The notes: generated by a model not told the origin, from the letters alone. 59,647 nucleotides of DNA from Candidatus Doudnabacteria bacterium (GCA_016788825.1 JAEUSD010000004.1:1-59647); one strand, 5' to 3'; positions 47,583 to 56,859 are shown, counted from the stretch's first letter. Numbers and translations are program-made.

Positions 47583-48068
47583 TTATCTAGCTTCCATCTG
47601 CAGACTCACGTGGTAAGCCAGGATGCCGGCGGTGGTGGCGACGTTGAGGCTTTCTTTGGAGCCGAACATAGGGAGTTCGATACACTCGTCCGCAAGGGCG
47701 ATCACTTCCGGGGAGACCCCGGTTATTTCATGTCCGAATACTAATACCGTGTTTTCGGGATACTCTACCTCGTTGAATCTTTTGCTGTGAGGTGTTTGCT
47801 CAACGACAAAGATTTTATGACCAGCCTTTTTGAGTTGTTGGATACGCTCTAGTGTGTTTGCGGTTTTTTCCCATTCTACAGTATCCTCTGCTCCTAGAGC
47901 TGTTTTGGGGATCCGATTGTGGGGAGGGTATGGGGTGATTCCACAGAGGTGGAGTTTTCGGACACCGGCACTGTCGCATGTCCGAAATATCGCTCCCACA
48001 TTGAGCGCCGAACGAATATTGTCTAGCAAAATGTCATAAGGGAAAGTGATCTTTTGGCTCATCTTCAC
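47583..48068 (-). CDS. SpoU/TrmH-family RNA 2'-O-methyltransferase
   Basis: NVGAIFRTCDSAGV, VFGHEITGVS, SLNVATTAGILAY motifs (SPOUT knot). Confidence 0.8.
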   Translation of the reverse strand: MKMSQKITFPYDILLDNIRSALNVGAIFRTCDSAGVRKLHLCGITPYPPHNRIPKTALGAEDTVEWEKTANTLERIQQLKKAGHKIFVVEQTPHSKRFNEVEYPENTVLVFGHEITGVSPEVIALADECIELPMFGSKESLNVATTAGILAYHVSLQMEAR

Positions 48069-48898
48069 AAAGCAATAATCAAAATCACAACAATAGAAAC
48101 AATCACCCTATACCACCCAAATGAGCTGAGACCGTGTTTCTGGAGGTAGCCTAGTAGGAAACGGATTGCCCACCAGCCAGAAATGAAGGCTGCGAGCATC
48201 CCTAAAATGTTAGCTAAGATTAGCTCTTGGCTCAGGACTTCACTCTTCAGTAAATCGTACACAGCAAGAACGCTAGTGGCCGTCAAAATTGGAATGCTCA
48301 TGAGAAACGAGAACTTGGCAGCAGCCACTCTACTCAGGCCCAATGATTGACCAGTCAAGATAGTTACCCCAGACCGAGAGATCCCCCTTATTAGGGCAAA
48401 AATCTGGCTCAGACCGATCGTAATGGCATCAACCCATCGAGTTTGGGGTAACTGTCGTTTGTGGCTGCGATGCCACCTGTCAGCGAGAATAAACAAGATT
48501 CCTACAACCCCCATGAGGATAGCCGTAATCAGCGCTGGGATGGGGAAAATAGTTTGGTCTGTATAAAAGGCATCAATCTTACTCTCTAACAATAAGCCCA
48601 CTACCCCAGCCGGGATAGTCGCCAACACGATTTTGAAAATGAGGTGGAAGTCTTGCTTGTTTTCTTCACTACCTTTGCCTAAGGTGAAAAGAGCTTTGGC
48701 ATACTGCCACAAGTCTTTGCGAAAGAATATTAGCAACGCAAGCAATGTGCCGATGTGTGTAAACAGGATGAATGTAGTTCCAGGTGACTGCCAACCAAAT
48801 AAGTCAGGGATCAGTTGTAAGTGTCCAGAGCTAGAAACAGGGATAAATTCGGTTAAGCCTTGGACAACTCCCAAAGCGATTGCTTGTGCTATATCCAT
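48065..48898 (-). CDS. uppP: undecaprenyl-diphosphate phosphatase
   Basis: GLTEFIPVSSSGHL and SRSGVTI motifs, polytopic. Start chosen at MDIAQAI (48898). Confidence 0.9.
   Translation of the reverse strand: MDIAQAIALGVVQGLTEFIPVSSSGHLQLIPDLFGWQSPGTTFILFTHIGTLLALLIFFRKDLWQYAKALFTLGKGSEENKQDFHLIFKIVLATIPAGVVGLLLESKIDAFYTDQTIFPIPALITAILMGVVGILFILADRWHRSHKRQLPQTRWVDAITIGLSQIFALIRGISRSGVTILTGQSLGLSRVAAAKFSFLMSIPILTATSVLAVYDLLKSEVLSQELILANILGMLAAFISGWWAIRFLLGYLQKHGLSSFGWYRVIVSIVVILIIAL
48206..48221. repeat. TTAGCTAA-family palindrome copy (AATGTTAGCTAAGATT)
   Basis: Inside uppP (-), read as I-L-A-N-I. 15 of 16 match the symmetric consensus. Confidence 0.9.
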
Positions 48899-48980
48899 GA
48901 GCTGATTATATCTTAGGGTATAGCATTCAGCCAACTAGAAACCGTAGGGATATGTTGCCTCGGTATGGCTTTGCCTGTAC

Positions 48981-50972
48981 TTAGATTGCCTCAAAAAGTG
49001 TAATACGACGAATACCCTCGGTATAAAGCTTTTTAGCAACTTCGCGGGCATGGAGAATCAGATTGAGGTCCTGAAAGTTGGCAATCTTCAATGGGGGAAT
49101 TCCGGATTGACGATACCCATAAACCTCTCCAGGCCCGCGGTGTTTGAGGTCAAATTCTGCAATCTCTAGCCCGTCATTTGTGTGAGCAAAGAAATCTAGG
49201 CGGGCTTGGGCGTCAGAGGACAATTCTTCGTTAGCGAATAGCAGGCACCAACTTTGGGTCTCGCCGCGGCCGACACGGCCGCGGATCTGATGCAGTTGAG
49301 CCAGCCCGAAGCGCTCTGCTCCTTCGATAACCATCACGCTGGCCCGAGGGACATCGACGCCGACTTCGATCACTGAGGTGCACACAAGCAAGTCGATGTC
49401 TCCTTGTTTGAACGCCTGCATAGTAGCTGCCTTGATATCTGGCTTCAATTGCCCGTGCAATATCCCAATTCGTACGTGAGGCAAAAGCTCTTTCAATTCC
49501 TCAAACGTCGCCAAAGCACCTTTTGCCTCCAGTTTTTCACTCTCTTCAATCAGCGGACATACCCAGTAGGCTTGATTTCCTAATTCAACTTGCTCTGTGA
49601 GCCATTTCAATGCATCCGGTCGCTTCTCCTCTGGCACTACCCTGGTGCTGATTGGTAGTCTTCCGGCGGGCTTTTGCAAGATTCTACTTACCTCCACATC
49701 ACCAAAAAGCCCAAGTGCCAGTGTCCTTGGTATCGGTGTAGCAGTCATATCTAGCTGATGGGGATAAGCTTCTGGGCTAAACTCGAGACCTATCTCGCGC
49801 TGATTAGCTCCAAAGCGGTGTTGCTCGTCCGTAATCACTAGCCCTACCTTCTTCAGTAAGGCACTTTGCCTTGCTAGGATGGCACTGGTTCCGATCAAGA
49901 TATCTGCATCTTGGGGATTTTTTGTTTCACTAGTTATCAGGGAGATTTTAGCTCCCGAGTTGGCTAAATATTTGTGAAACGTTTGTAAATGTTGTTCTGC
50001 CAGTATTGTTGTAGGCGCAAGGACTACAGTTTGTAGTCCAGCGCTGTAGGTAGCGTAACTGGCAATGACTGCGACGGCTGTTTTTCCACTGCCCACGTCT
50101 CCCTGCAGCAGCCGTCGCATAGGTTTGTCCTTGTCCATATCTGCTATTACGTCGTTTACCGCTTTCTCTTGGTCTGCTGTAAGGGCGAACGGGAGTGAGC
50201 CCGTCAATTCTTTCAGCCCTGCAGGGTCAATATGTATTCTGGGTGCGGTGTAATACATATACTTTGCTCCGGCATTCAGAGTCTTGAGCTGTAAATGAAC
50301 CAGCTCGCGTAGCTGTAGGTTCCTTGTGGCAGATTCCAAGGCTGGTTCACTGCTCGGGAAGTGTTCTTCGCGCAAATCCTTGATAATGTCTACCTGTGCG
50401 GGCAAAGCGCCATCTACCTTTGCTACTTCATCTTGCAAATCGCTGATACCTTCAAGCTGCTGCAACACCAGATCTAGCTTTGCCCGCAACCATCTGATGC
50501 CTAGTCCAGCAGTCAATGCATATTGGGGGGCGATTCGGCCCAAGTGTAGCTGCTCTTCCCCCTCTTTTACCTCTTCTACGCTTTCTGGGTAGAACTGCAA
50601 GCGGTTTTTACTCATTTTGAGATTTCCGAGTACAAGGTAGTCTACCTCTGTAGATAAAGATTTTGCCAAGTATGGCTGATTAAACCACGTTGCTTTGATA
50701 GTTCCCGAGGCGTCGGAGATTAGCGCGGTCTGTAAAGTTCTGCGTCCGGGGATTCGTACACTGCTTACCTTGGACATACGTCCCTGGATCACGTATTTAC
50801 CTTCCTTCTGCAGCTCCGAGATGTCTGTGATACTGGTTGTATCCTTATGGTAACGTGGGAAATGCGTGATGAGGTCGCGAATTGTATGGATTCCTAAGTT
50901 AGCTAACTTTTGGGCATACTTGTCGCTAATGCCAGGTAGCTCTGTGACAGGGGTATTTAACTGCATGTGCAA
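48981..50972 (-). CDS. recG: ATP-dependent DNA helicase RecG
   Basis: Wedge/OB N-domain, Walker A GDVGSGKT, DEQHRFG box, QLHQIRGRVGRG motif VI. Confidence 0.92.
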   Translation of the reverse strand: MHMQLNTPVTELPGISDKYAQKLANLGIHTIRDLITHFPRYHKDTTSITDISELQKEGKYVIQGRMSKVSSVRIPGRRTLQTALISDASGTIKATWFNQPYLAKSLSTEVDYLVLGNLKMSKNRLQFYPESVEEVKEGEEQLHLGRIAPQYALTAGLGIRWLRAKLDLVLQQLEGISDLQDEVAKVDGALPAQVDIIKDLREEHFPSSEPALESATRNLQLRELVHLQLKTLNAGAKYMYYTAPRIHIDPAGLKELTGSLPFALTADQEKAVNDVIADMDKDKPMRRLLQGDVGSGKTAVAVIASYATYSAGLQTVVLAPTTILAEQHLQTFHKYLANSGAKISLITSETKNPQDADILIGTSAILARQSALLKKVGLVITDEQHRFGANQREIGLEFSPEAYPHQLDMTATPIPRTLALGLFGDVEVSRILQKPAGRLPISTRVVPEEKRPDALKWLTEQVELGNQAYWVCPLIEESEKLEAKGALATFEELKELLPHVRIGILHGQLKPDIKAATMQAFKQGDIDLLVCTSVIEVGVDVPRASVMVIEGAERFGLAQLHQIRGRVGRGETQSWCLLFANEELSSDAQARLDFFAHTNDGLEIAEFDLKHRGPGEVYGYRQSGIPPLKIANFQDLNLILHAREVAKKLYTEGIRRITLFEAI
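50895..50910. repeat. TTAGCTAA-family palindrome copy (TAAGTTAGCTAACTTT)
   Basis: Inside recG (-), read as K-L-A-N-L. Confidence 0.9.
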
Positions 50973-50979
50973 TTATATC

Positions 50980-52161
50980 TCAAGTTTCGGTTGTGGTCTC
51001 TTCCGCTACATGCATTTCAATAGGAACCGCCCTTTTTACGAGACTTTGGCTTGCTTCATCGTATGTAAAGTTTTGCCAGATGTAATGAAATAGTTTTTGC
51101 ATAGGTGCCATTGCTGGACAGCTGTGTGAGAGCTTACTATCAATGTTCTTAGTATCTACAAAACTTGTTCTACTAGTTCCAGAGCCTTGGTGAAATGTAT
51201 GGATATCCCTAGAATGGTAGGCAAGTGCTTTGGGTAATTCTCGCAGTTGAATCATTAAGGCGTTAAATTCATCTGCTAACTCGGAAGCCAAATTTGTAGC
51301 GTTATTTCTATCTGAGAGTACTTTAATGTAGTTTTGTCTATCGGGTGAGAGTGTTGGAGTAATCTCCAGTATAAAGTCTTCACTGTCTATGTTTGTTGAT
51401 ATCGGTGACCTTCGGTTAGTTGCAGGGAAATTCCCCAAGCGAGCGATAACCCTGCTAATAAATATTTTCTCTCCATTGAGCTCATGGTAGGGATTTACAA
51501 TCTTTACCCAAAGCTTTGCACAATCGACTATTAATTGTTCTAAGCGAATAGAAGCTGTAGTTCCTAATAGCTGCTGTACTTCTTCTTCAAGTTGATAAGC
51601 AAGTTTTCGCAATAATTTTCTGTCTTCGGTGTGCGCTGCTTTTAGGAGTTCTCCTATTTGAGAAAAGTGACTCTTAACTTTGCTTTCAAACTGTGGTCTT
51701 CTGAAATTCTGAAAATTGTAAACTTCGTCCAAAGTTAATTCCTTTTTAGACTTTGTATTAGAGAAATTGTTTACGGAAACTAACAATTTCATGTATAACT
51801 CTTTATTTGTCGGGAACTCTAAGTACCAGATATTCCACTTTCTACGAATTCCTAATGCTGCTATAGAAGTATCGAGATCTTCAATAAAGTACTTTTCAAG
51901 CTTGAGTTTTAGAAGATCTATGAAATCTTCAATAGGCGATGTCACTTGTATTTCAAGTAATTCAGCTAACCTGTCAATGAGTGCTTCTACTGCTGGATCT
52001 ACCAATTCTGGGAAATCCTTTTCGTATTTAGACATGTTTGCAGTTACGAGAGCAGTTATATATGGAATACTCTCCAAATTTATAATGTCTTGGAGTTTTT
52101 CAAGCGGGAGAGTTATTCGAAGTCTCCCCAATAGGTTGAGCTTTAAGGCTGTGCCATTCAT
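50980..52161 (-). CDS. hypothetical protein (393 aa), function unknown
   Basis: Long uninterrupted frame that looks more AT-rich than its neighbours. No recognisable motif. Its start overlaps the stop of a 37-codon ORF (ATGA). Confidence 0.6.
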   Translation of the reverse strand: MNGTALKLNLLGRLRITLPLEKLQDIINLESIPYITALVTANMSKYEKDFPELVDPAVEALIDRLAELLEIQVTSPIEDFIDLLKLKLEKYFIEDLDTSIAALGIRRKWNIWYLEFPTNKELYMKLLVSVNNFSNTKSKKELTLDEVYNFQNFRRPQFESKVKSHFSQIGELLKAAHTEDRKLLRKLAYQLEEEVQQLLGTTASIRLEQLIVDCAKLWVKIVNPYHELNGEKIFISRVIARLGNFPATNRRSPISTNIDSEDFILEITPTLSPDRQNYIKVLSDRNNATNLASELADEFNALMIQLRELPKALAYHSRDIHTFHQGSGTSRTSFVDTKNIDSKLSHSCPAMAPMQKLFHYIWQNFTYDEASQSLVKRAVPIEMHVAEETTTET

Positions 52162-52271
52162 CTTACTGGAAACAGCAGTGCAAATAGGATCAAAAGCGGT
52201 GTACTGAGCATGCTGATGATCATCAGAGCCATGAAGAAGATGTAGAGTTTGGATGGTTTTTTCTTTTGCAT
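52158..52271 (-). CDS. 37-aa single-TM peptide (MQKKKPSKLYIFFMALMIISMLSTPLLILFALLFPVR), not in the ORF track
   Basis: ATG at 52271 and TGA at 52160-52158, overlapping the downstream ATG (ATGA coupling). Lys-rich N-terminus followed by a hydrophobic helix. Confidence 0.4.
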   Translation of the reverse strand: MQKKKPSKLYIFFMALMIISMLSTPLLILFALLFPVR

Positions 52272-52277
52272 GAGTAG

Positions 52278-52283
52278 ATTATA
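52278..52283 (-). promoter_or_regulatory. TATAAT -10 box 6 nt upstream of the 37-codon ORF (leaderless-type geometry)
   Basis: The minus strand reads ggtgTATAATctactcATG. Confidence 0.35.
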
Positions 52284-52285
52284 CA

Positions 52286-52310
52286 CCTCTGCCCTGGTTT
52301 GAGGCAGGGG
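52286..52310 (-). terminator. imperfect 8-bp GC-rich hairpin immediately after the glyA stop
   Basis: CCTCTGCC-(9 nt)-GGCAGGGG with one G.U pair. Weak U-tract. Confidence 0.3.
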
Positions 52311-53618
52311 TTAACGGGGTTTAAATAATTTGGTGAGGTTGGCGACCTCTCTTTTCACTGCGGCCAATTCGGCAGAATTGGCCGCCTCTGTTCCCTTCTC
52401 TTTTATGAGCTCTAGAACGCTATCTATTAGCTCTGCGATCTTAATCATTTCATTCTCACCTAGTCCGAGACTGGTTACAAATGGGGTTCCGAGTCTGATG
52501 CCTGAAGGGTCGTTTGGCTTGCGTTTTTCGCCTGGAATTGTGTTCATATTCACAATAATGTCAGCCTTTGCCAATATCTGTGCCACATCTCTTCCTCCGA
52601 GGCCTGAGTCGCTGATATCTATTAGAATTAAATGCTTATCCGTCCAGCCTGAAACCGGGTGATATCCCCTAGATATTAGCTCTGTACACAAAGTTTGAGC
52701 ATTATTGATCACTTTTTGTGTATATTCAGCAAATTCGGGTAAAAGTACCTCTTCGAGTCCGACAGTTATCCCGGCGATATTGTTATTGAACGGTCCGCCC
52801 TGAAGACCTGGCAATACTGCCTTATTTACCTTTTTGATGATCGTTTGTGGCGCCAAAATCAGCGCGCCGCGAGCGGCGCGCAGTGTCTTGTGTGTGGTCA
52901 GTGTCACAATGTCTGCAATGCCCACTGGCGAAGGTACTACCCCACCTGCGATCAACCCGGCCTCGTGTGCCACATCTGCCATGTACAGTGCCCCAACTGA
53001 CTCTGCAATCTCTTTCATCTTTCCATAATCAATATTTCGGGGGTATGCAGTCCCTCCGGTGATCAGTAACTTTGGCTTATGTTTCTTGGCTAGCGTTGAG
53101 ATTTTCTCGTAATCAAGAAGCTGAGTCTCTGGGTCGGTTTTGTACTGAATTGAGTTAAACAATTTTGCTGAAATGTTTACTTTGTTACTACCTCCTAGGT
53201 ATTCAAAGGTATCTTGGGCCACCTGCTCTCCCCCTTGCGGCTCATACGACCACCCATGGGATAGGTGGCCCCCATCTGGCAAGTGCATACCCATGATAGT
53301 ATCTCCTGGTTGCAACACAGCTAGGTATGCAGCCAAATTAGCATTGCTACCCGACAGCGCTTGAACATTAGCTCCCCAGTCTTCGGGGAGCTTAAATACC
53401 TTGCGCACCAATTCCAAACAATACTCTTCTAACTCATCGATAAACTGGTTCCCTTCGTAGTACCTAGCTCCTACGTTTCCTTCAGAGTACTTATGCATCA
53501 ATACTGAACCGACGGCATTACGCACTGCTTCGGAGGTGTAGTTTTCGGAAGGAATGAGATTTAGCTGTGTAAGCTGGCGCTGTTCTTCTTTTTTGATTAT
53601 GCCCAAGACCTTGTTCAT
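52311..53618 (-). CDS. glyA: serine hydroxymethyltransferase
   Basis: NLIPSENY N-terminus and the PLP-lysine motif TTHKTLRAARGA. Confidence 0.95.
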   Translation of the reverse strand: MNKVLGIIKKEEQRQLTQLNLIPSENYTSEAVRNAVGSVLMHKYSEGNVGARYYEGNQFIDELEEYCLELVRKVFKLPEDWGANVQALSGSNANLAAYLAVLQPGDTIMGMHLPDGGHLSHGWSYEPQGGEQVAQDTFEYLGGSNKVNISAKLFNSIQYKTDPETQLLDYEKISTLAKKHKPKLLITGGTAYPRNIDYGKMKEIAESVGALYMADVAHEAGLIAGGVVPSPVGIADIVTLTTHKTLRAARGALILAPQTIIKKVNKAVLPGLQGGPFNNNIAGITVGLEEVLLPEFAEYTQKVINNAQTLCTELISRGYHPVSGWTDKHLILIDISDSGLGGRDVAQILAKADIIVNMNTIPGEKRKPNDPSGIRLGTPFVTSLGLGENEMIKIAELIDSVLELIKEKGTEAANSAELAAVKREVANLTKLFKPR

Positions 53619-53705
53619 AGCGAGTAATTTATACCATGGCGGGATAGAATTTAGCTATCTGATTGAGGGGAGATTATTGTATAATCCTAGCGACTGAGTC
53701 TTTAT

Positions 53706-53790
53706 GGAGAGTTGACGGAGTGGTCTATCGTGCCCGTCTTGAAAACGGGTGTCCCGCAAGGGACCGGGGGTTCGAATCCCTCACTCTCCG
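53706..53790 (+). tRNA. tRNA-Ser (anticodon TGA), class II, no encoded CCA
   Basis: Acceptor GGAGAGT/ACTCTCC plus discriminator G, anticodon stem-loop CCCGT-CTTGAAA-ACGGG, long variable arm, T-arm GGGGGTTCGAATCCC. Confidence 0.9.
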
Positions 53791-53795
53791 AATTT

Positions 53796-54257
53796 TTAAG
53801 CTGCTTTTGCTGTGTCGACTAAATCCTCTTCATCCATACAACATAGCACCCCTACGTAAGTATAGGTGTCCCAGTTCCAATCCTCGTATTGGTGAAGCAG
53901 ATTGGAGTATGCACAAAGAGACTGTGCTAAGTCGATGGGTTTAATACTATGCTTTTCAGCAATATCTAGGGTGTTTTGACGGATGAAAGCTTCAATTTCT
54001 TTTGAGAAGCGGTTTTTGAAAGGGTCTTGTCCAAATCCAAGGAGAGGGATGACTTGGGAATTTACGAAGACCATTACTTCGCTAAATGCCTTTGATTCAA
54101 TAATTCTTTTATATGTATCTGTATCTACTCTACTACCCCAGTTTAGTATTGCGTGGTTTGCATATGGAGGGAATTTAGTAAATTCAAGTTCTCTTTCTGC
54201 AAGATAGTCTCTGGTTTCTGCCGTATCTAAGGGGTCGTGAATAGTTATTGTTAGCAT
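53796..54257 (-). CDS. hypothetical protein (153 aa)
   Basis: Open frame ending 5 nt from the tRNA-Ser 3' end. No motif recognised. Confidence 0.5.
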   Translation of the reverse strand: MLTITIHDPLDTAETRDYLAERELEFTKFPPYANHAILNWGSRVDTDTYKRIIESKAFSEVMVFVNSQVIPLLGFGQDPFKNRFSKEIEAFIRQNTLDIAEKHSIKPIDLAQSLCAYSNLLHQYEDWNWDTYTYVGVLCCMDEEDLVDTAKAA

Positions 54258-54363
54258 ATAAGGAAATGATAGATATATCTGATTATAGCATCGTAATATT
54301 ATTGGGCAAGATTATGAGGTCTCTTCTTTATTTGTGTTTCTGCCAAACTTGTAGATATGGTAA

Positions 54364-54966
54364 CTAATCCAGTGAGATTATACTCCCGCGCTTGCGAGGA
54401 ATTACTAACCTACTATGCCGTGCATCCGAAATGATGGCATTGATTTGTGTATGAGTAAGAACCGTTTGCCAGGTAGGGGTTTGAGCTTTAGCTGTTCCTC
54501 CAACTCTTGAAGTTACTCCCCATGCTGCTGCAGGGTTGTTTTTTTGAGGTATCTGGCCGCAAAATAGATGCCAGAGGAATACGAAATATTCTTTAAATCC
54601 AGGTTCAGTAAGGGGTTCCTGGCCTTCTGCCTCGAAATTTATGCCTTCTATCCAGGCATTGATACTCTTTTCAAGTTCAATAAGGTTAAGTTCTCCATTA
54701 CTCATATTATCTTGCAGGGTATCGACTAAGCAGCCAAGTGCTTCGATTGGGGGAGGTAATTTATCTTTGATCAGCAGGGCTATGTATGCCTCTCTACCCC
54801 CAATAACCTCTACGGCAGTGTTGAAAGCTTGTATAAGAAGGGGGGCTAATATAGTTTGTCTCGTTTCTGGTGTAGCGCCCGCTGTTCGTTCTAGTAATAA
54901 ACGTGTGGCTGAGAATGCTTCAAAGAGAATTTCGATATCGCCAGGTTGAGTTGCTTCATTCAACAT
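54364..54966 (-). CDS. hypothetical protein (200 aa)
   Basis: Open frame 19 nt downstream of the NTPase gene. No motif recognised. Confidence 0.55.
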   Translation of the reverse strand: MLNEATQPGDIEILFEAFSATRLLLERTAGATPETRQTILAPLLIQAFNTAVEVIGGREAYIALLIKDKLPPPIEALGCLVDTLQDNMSNGELNLIELEKSINAWIEGINFEAEGQEPLTEPGFKEYFVFLWHLFCGQIPQKNNPAAAWGVTSRVGGTAKAQTPTWQTVLTHTQINAIISDARHSRLVIPRKRGSIISLD

Positions 54967-54985
54967 ACCTGATTATATCACTACT

Positions 54986-56056
54986 CTATCCTTCTCTACT
55001 CGATTTTAGGAAGGTGGACATGATCGGTGAGAAGAGTTTGTATTTGGTACCTTCTTTCGACACCAACTTAAGTGCAAGGAGTAAACCTAAGTCTCTCGAC
55101 TCGGCGACGTCGCGGTTTTGACTGATCGAGTTTAGGATTTGGAATTGCTTCACGGTCAAAGACCCGAGCAGCCTCTGCGAGGCTAAATCTAACTCCCAAG
55201 TTGACGGAATGTTAGCTAACCCTTCCAGGCTTAGTAACCCAAGCTTCTTCGTGTAAACTGGGTATCCCCCAGTGAGCTCTTGAATACGAGCTACCTTCGC
55301 CTTGTATTTCGGGCTTCGCTGAATAATCCACCGCAAAGGTTTAAATTTAGGTAACAACGCTGACATCTGATAAGTTTCGCTAACGGTAGGAAGAGGCAGT
55401 GGGAACACACTCTGCAGCGCTAAATTCTTTAATCCCGCCCAACGATCCACATGCGAAGGCTCAAAAAGATGCGCATCTGGGATAGCGAAAATTAGGTTGA
55501 GGTGCGACTTGTATCTCTCCCTCAAAGACACGATAAACTCTGTGATATCTTCAAAACCCGGCTTCAGTATCGCCTCAACATTGTCTAGGATCAAGTAAGC
55601 AATAACATCCCGCCGCATGGCGATCATCTTGTCCAGGTAAATATAAAGATTTAACTTTGGATCAGAGCCTTCCGCCGCCAAATGCGAGTACTCTCTCTCA
55701 ATTTCAAGCTGACTAGTGGTCTGTAAATTGGCCGAGATTAAATTGCGCGTCAGAATATACAGAAGTCGGTTAAGCTTGAAATTCTCCGCAGATGGAAGCA
55801 CCGCGGAAGCGTCGATCGACGCTTCCGCGGCATATTCGTTCATATCGATATATACAAAACGCACATTATGCAATTCCCGATAACGACGCTGGTACTTATG
55901 GTTGTATGCTAGGAATTTGAGTAATTTGGTTTTTCCAAACCCCGAAGGCGCAAACAAAGTAAGGGATTGAGATTCCTGAAGCTTCCGAATCAAACTTTTG
56001 ACTTGGCTAGCAGAATAATCTGCGCCGTAGTCTTGCACTTCGGTTGCGAGTTGCAT
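54986..56056 (-). CDS. P-loop NTPase (AAA+/ORC-like or ATPase_2-like) with a C-terminal helix-turn-helix-like region
   Basis: Walker A LFAPSGFGKTKLL near the N-terminus, Walker B-like AYLILDNVE, sensor-like NLIFAIPD. The C-terminal LTVKQFQILNSISQNRDV...LLLALKLV looks like a wHTH. Confidence 0.65.
   Translation of the reverse strand: MQLATEVQDYGADYSASQVKSLIRKLQESQSLTLFAPSGFGKTKLLKFLAYNHKYQRRYRELHNVRFVYIDMNEYAAEASIDASAVLPSAENFKLNRLLYILTRNLISANLQTTSQLEIEREYSHLAAEGSDPKLNLYIYLDKMIAMRRDVIAYLILDNVEAILKPGFEDITEFIVSLRERYKSHLNLIFAIPDAHLFEPSHVDRWAGLKNLALQSVFPLPLPTVSETYQMSALLPKFKPLRWIIQRSPKYKAKVARIQELTGGYPVYTKKLGLLSLEGLANIPSTWELDLASQRLLGSLTVKQFQILNSISQNRDVAESRDLGLLLALKLVSKEGTKYKLFSPIMSTFLKSSREG
55208..55223. 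repeat. TTAGCTAA-family palindrome copy (AATGTTAGCTAACCCT)
   Basis: Inside the P-loop NTPase CDS (-), read as G-L-A-N-I. Confidence 0.9.
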
Positions 56057-56088
56057 ACTGGATTATAGCAAGGATAGATATTTTTAAG

Positions 56089-56103
56089 ACCCCCCTGGGG
56101 GGT
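56089..56103. promoter_or_regulatory. putative CsoR operator: inverted repeat ACCCCCC-T-GGGGGGT
   Basis: A G/C-tract pseudo-palindrome of the type bound by CsoR-family repressors. It lies 37 nt upstream of the first gene of the copper operon and abuts a TTGACA hexamer (56105-56110). Confidence 0.5.
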
Positions 56104-56139
56104 ATTGACAATTACAAAACGTTGGAGGAAGATAAGCGT

Positions 56140-56562
56140 ATGCAGGTCACTATCTCAAAAACCACAATCAAGAACTTAACCCTAGCTCTAGGGGTTTTAA
56201 TACTTGCCATACTGGGAATCTGGCTGATCTCTGCACGTCCAGCCTCACAAGAAACACCCGCCAACGATCTTCCTCAGGCCGAGGCACAAGCCGACGGCAC
56301 ACAGGTTGTCCAGGTTACTGCCAAGGTCGGATACTCCCCTGCAGTTACGGTTGCCAAAGCAGATACACCTACAAAGCTAAAAGTCGTCACGAATAATACA
56401 TACGATTGCAGTATTGCCCTCACAGTCCCAGCTGTCGGTTATCGCGGAATGCTGCCCTACTCCGGTACAACAGAAATAGATATTCCTCCTCAAAAAGCGG
56501 GCACGGAGATTCAAGGAGTCTGCACGATGGGGATGTACAGATTTCAAATCAAATTTATCTAA
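56140..56562 (+). CDS. membrane-anchored cupredoxin-like copper-binding protein
   Basis: Single TM, then a beta-rich domain ending CTMGMYRFQIKF (Cys/Met ligand pattern). GGAGGA RBS at 56124-56129. Start chosen at 56140. Confidence 0.6.
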   Translation: MQVTISKTTIKNLTLALGVLILAILGIWLISARPASQETPANDLPQAEAQADGTQVVQVTAKVGYSPAVTVAKADTPTKLKVVTNNTYDCSIALTVPAVGYRGMLPYSGTTEIDIPPQKAGTEIQGVCTMGMYRFQIKFI

Positions 56563-56578
56563 TCATCTTACTAAACAA

Positions 56579-56854
56579 ATGCAACACAACCATAAACAAG
56601 CAGTGATTGCTCTCAAAAAAGCCCAAACCCACATCAAAAAAGTAATTGAAATGATAGAAGCCGATGAATACTGTATCGACGTGATCACCCAGATCATGGC
56701 AGTCAAAGGCCAACTCGGCCTCGCCGCAGATAAGATCTTGGGAGAACACATGCAAAGCTGTTTCGTTTCAGGAATGCACTCGGAAGATGACGAGCATAGA
56801 CAAAAAATGGTCAAAGAAATTATCGCAGTTTATAAATTAGCCCAGAAAGGATAA
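56579..56854 (+). CDS. csoR: CsoR/RcnR-family metal-sensing transcriptional repressor
   Basis: 91 aa. [28 protein letters not shown]...H....C pattern (C-H-C ligands). Confidence 0.85.
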   Translation: MQHNHKQAVIALKKAQTHIKKVIEMIEADEYCIDVITQIMAVKGQLGLAADKILGEHMQSCFVSGMHSEDDEHRQKMVKEIIAVYKLAQKG

Positions 56855-56859
56855 CCAAC

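Noticed and set aside
56044-56139. A 32-codon upstream extension of the cupredoxin-like ORF.
   Set aside because: It would overlap the divergent NTPase start and read through the CsoR-type operator. The Met at 56140 has a GGAGGA RBS at proper spacing.
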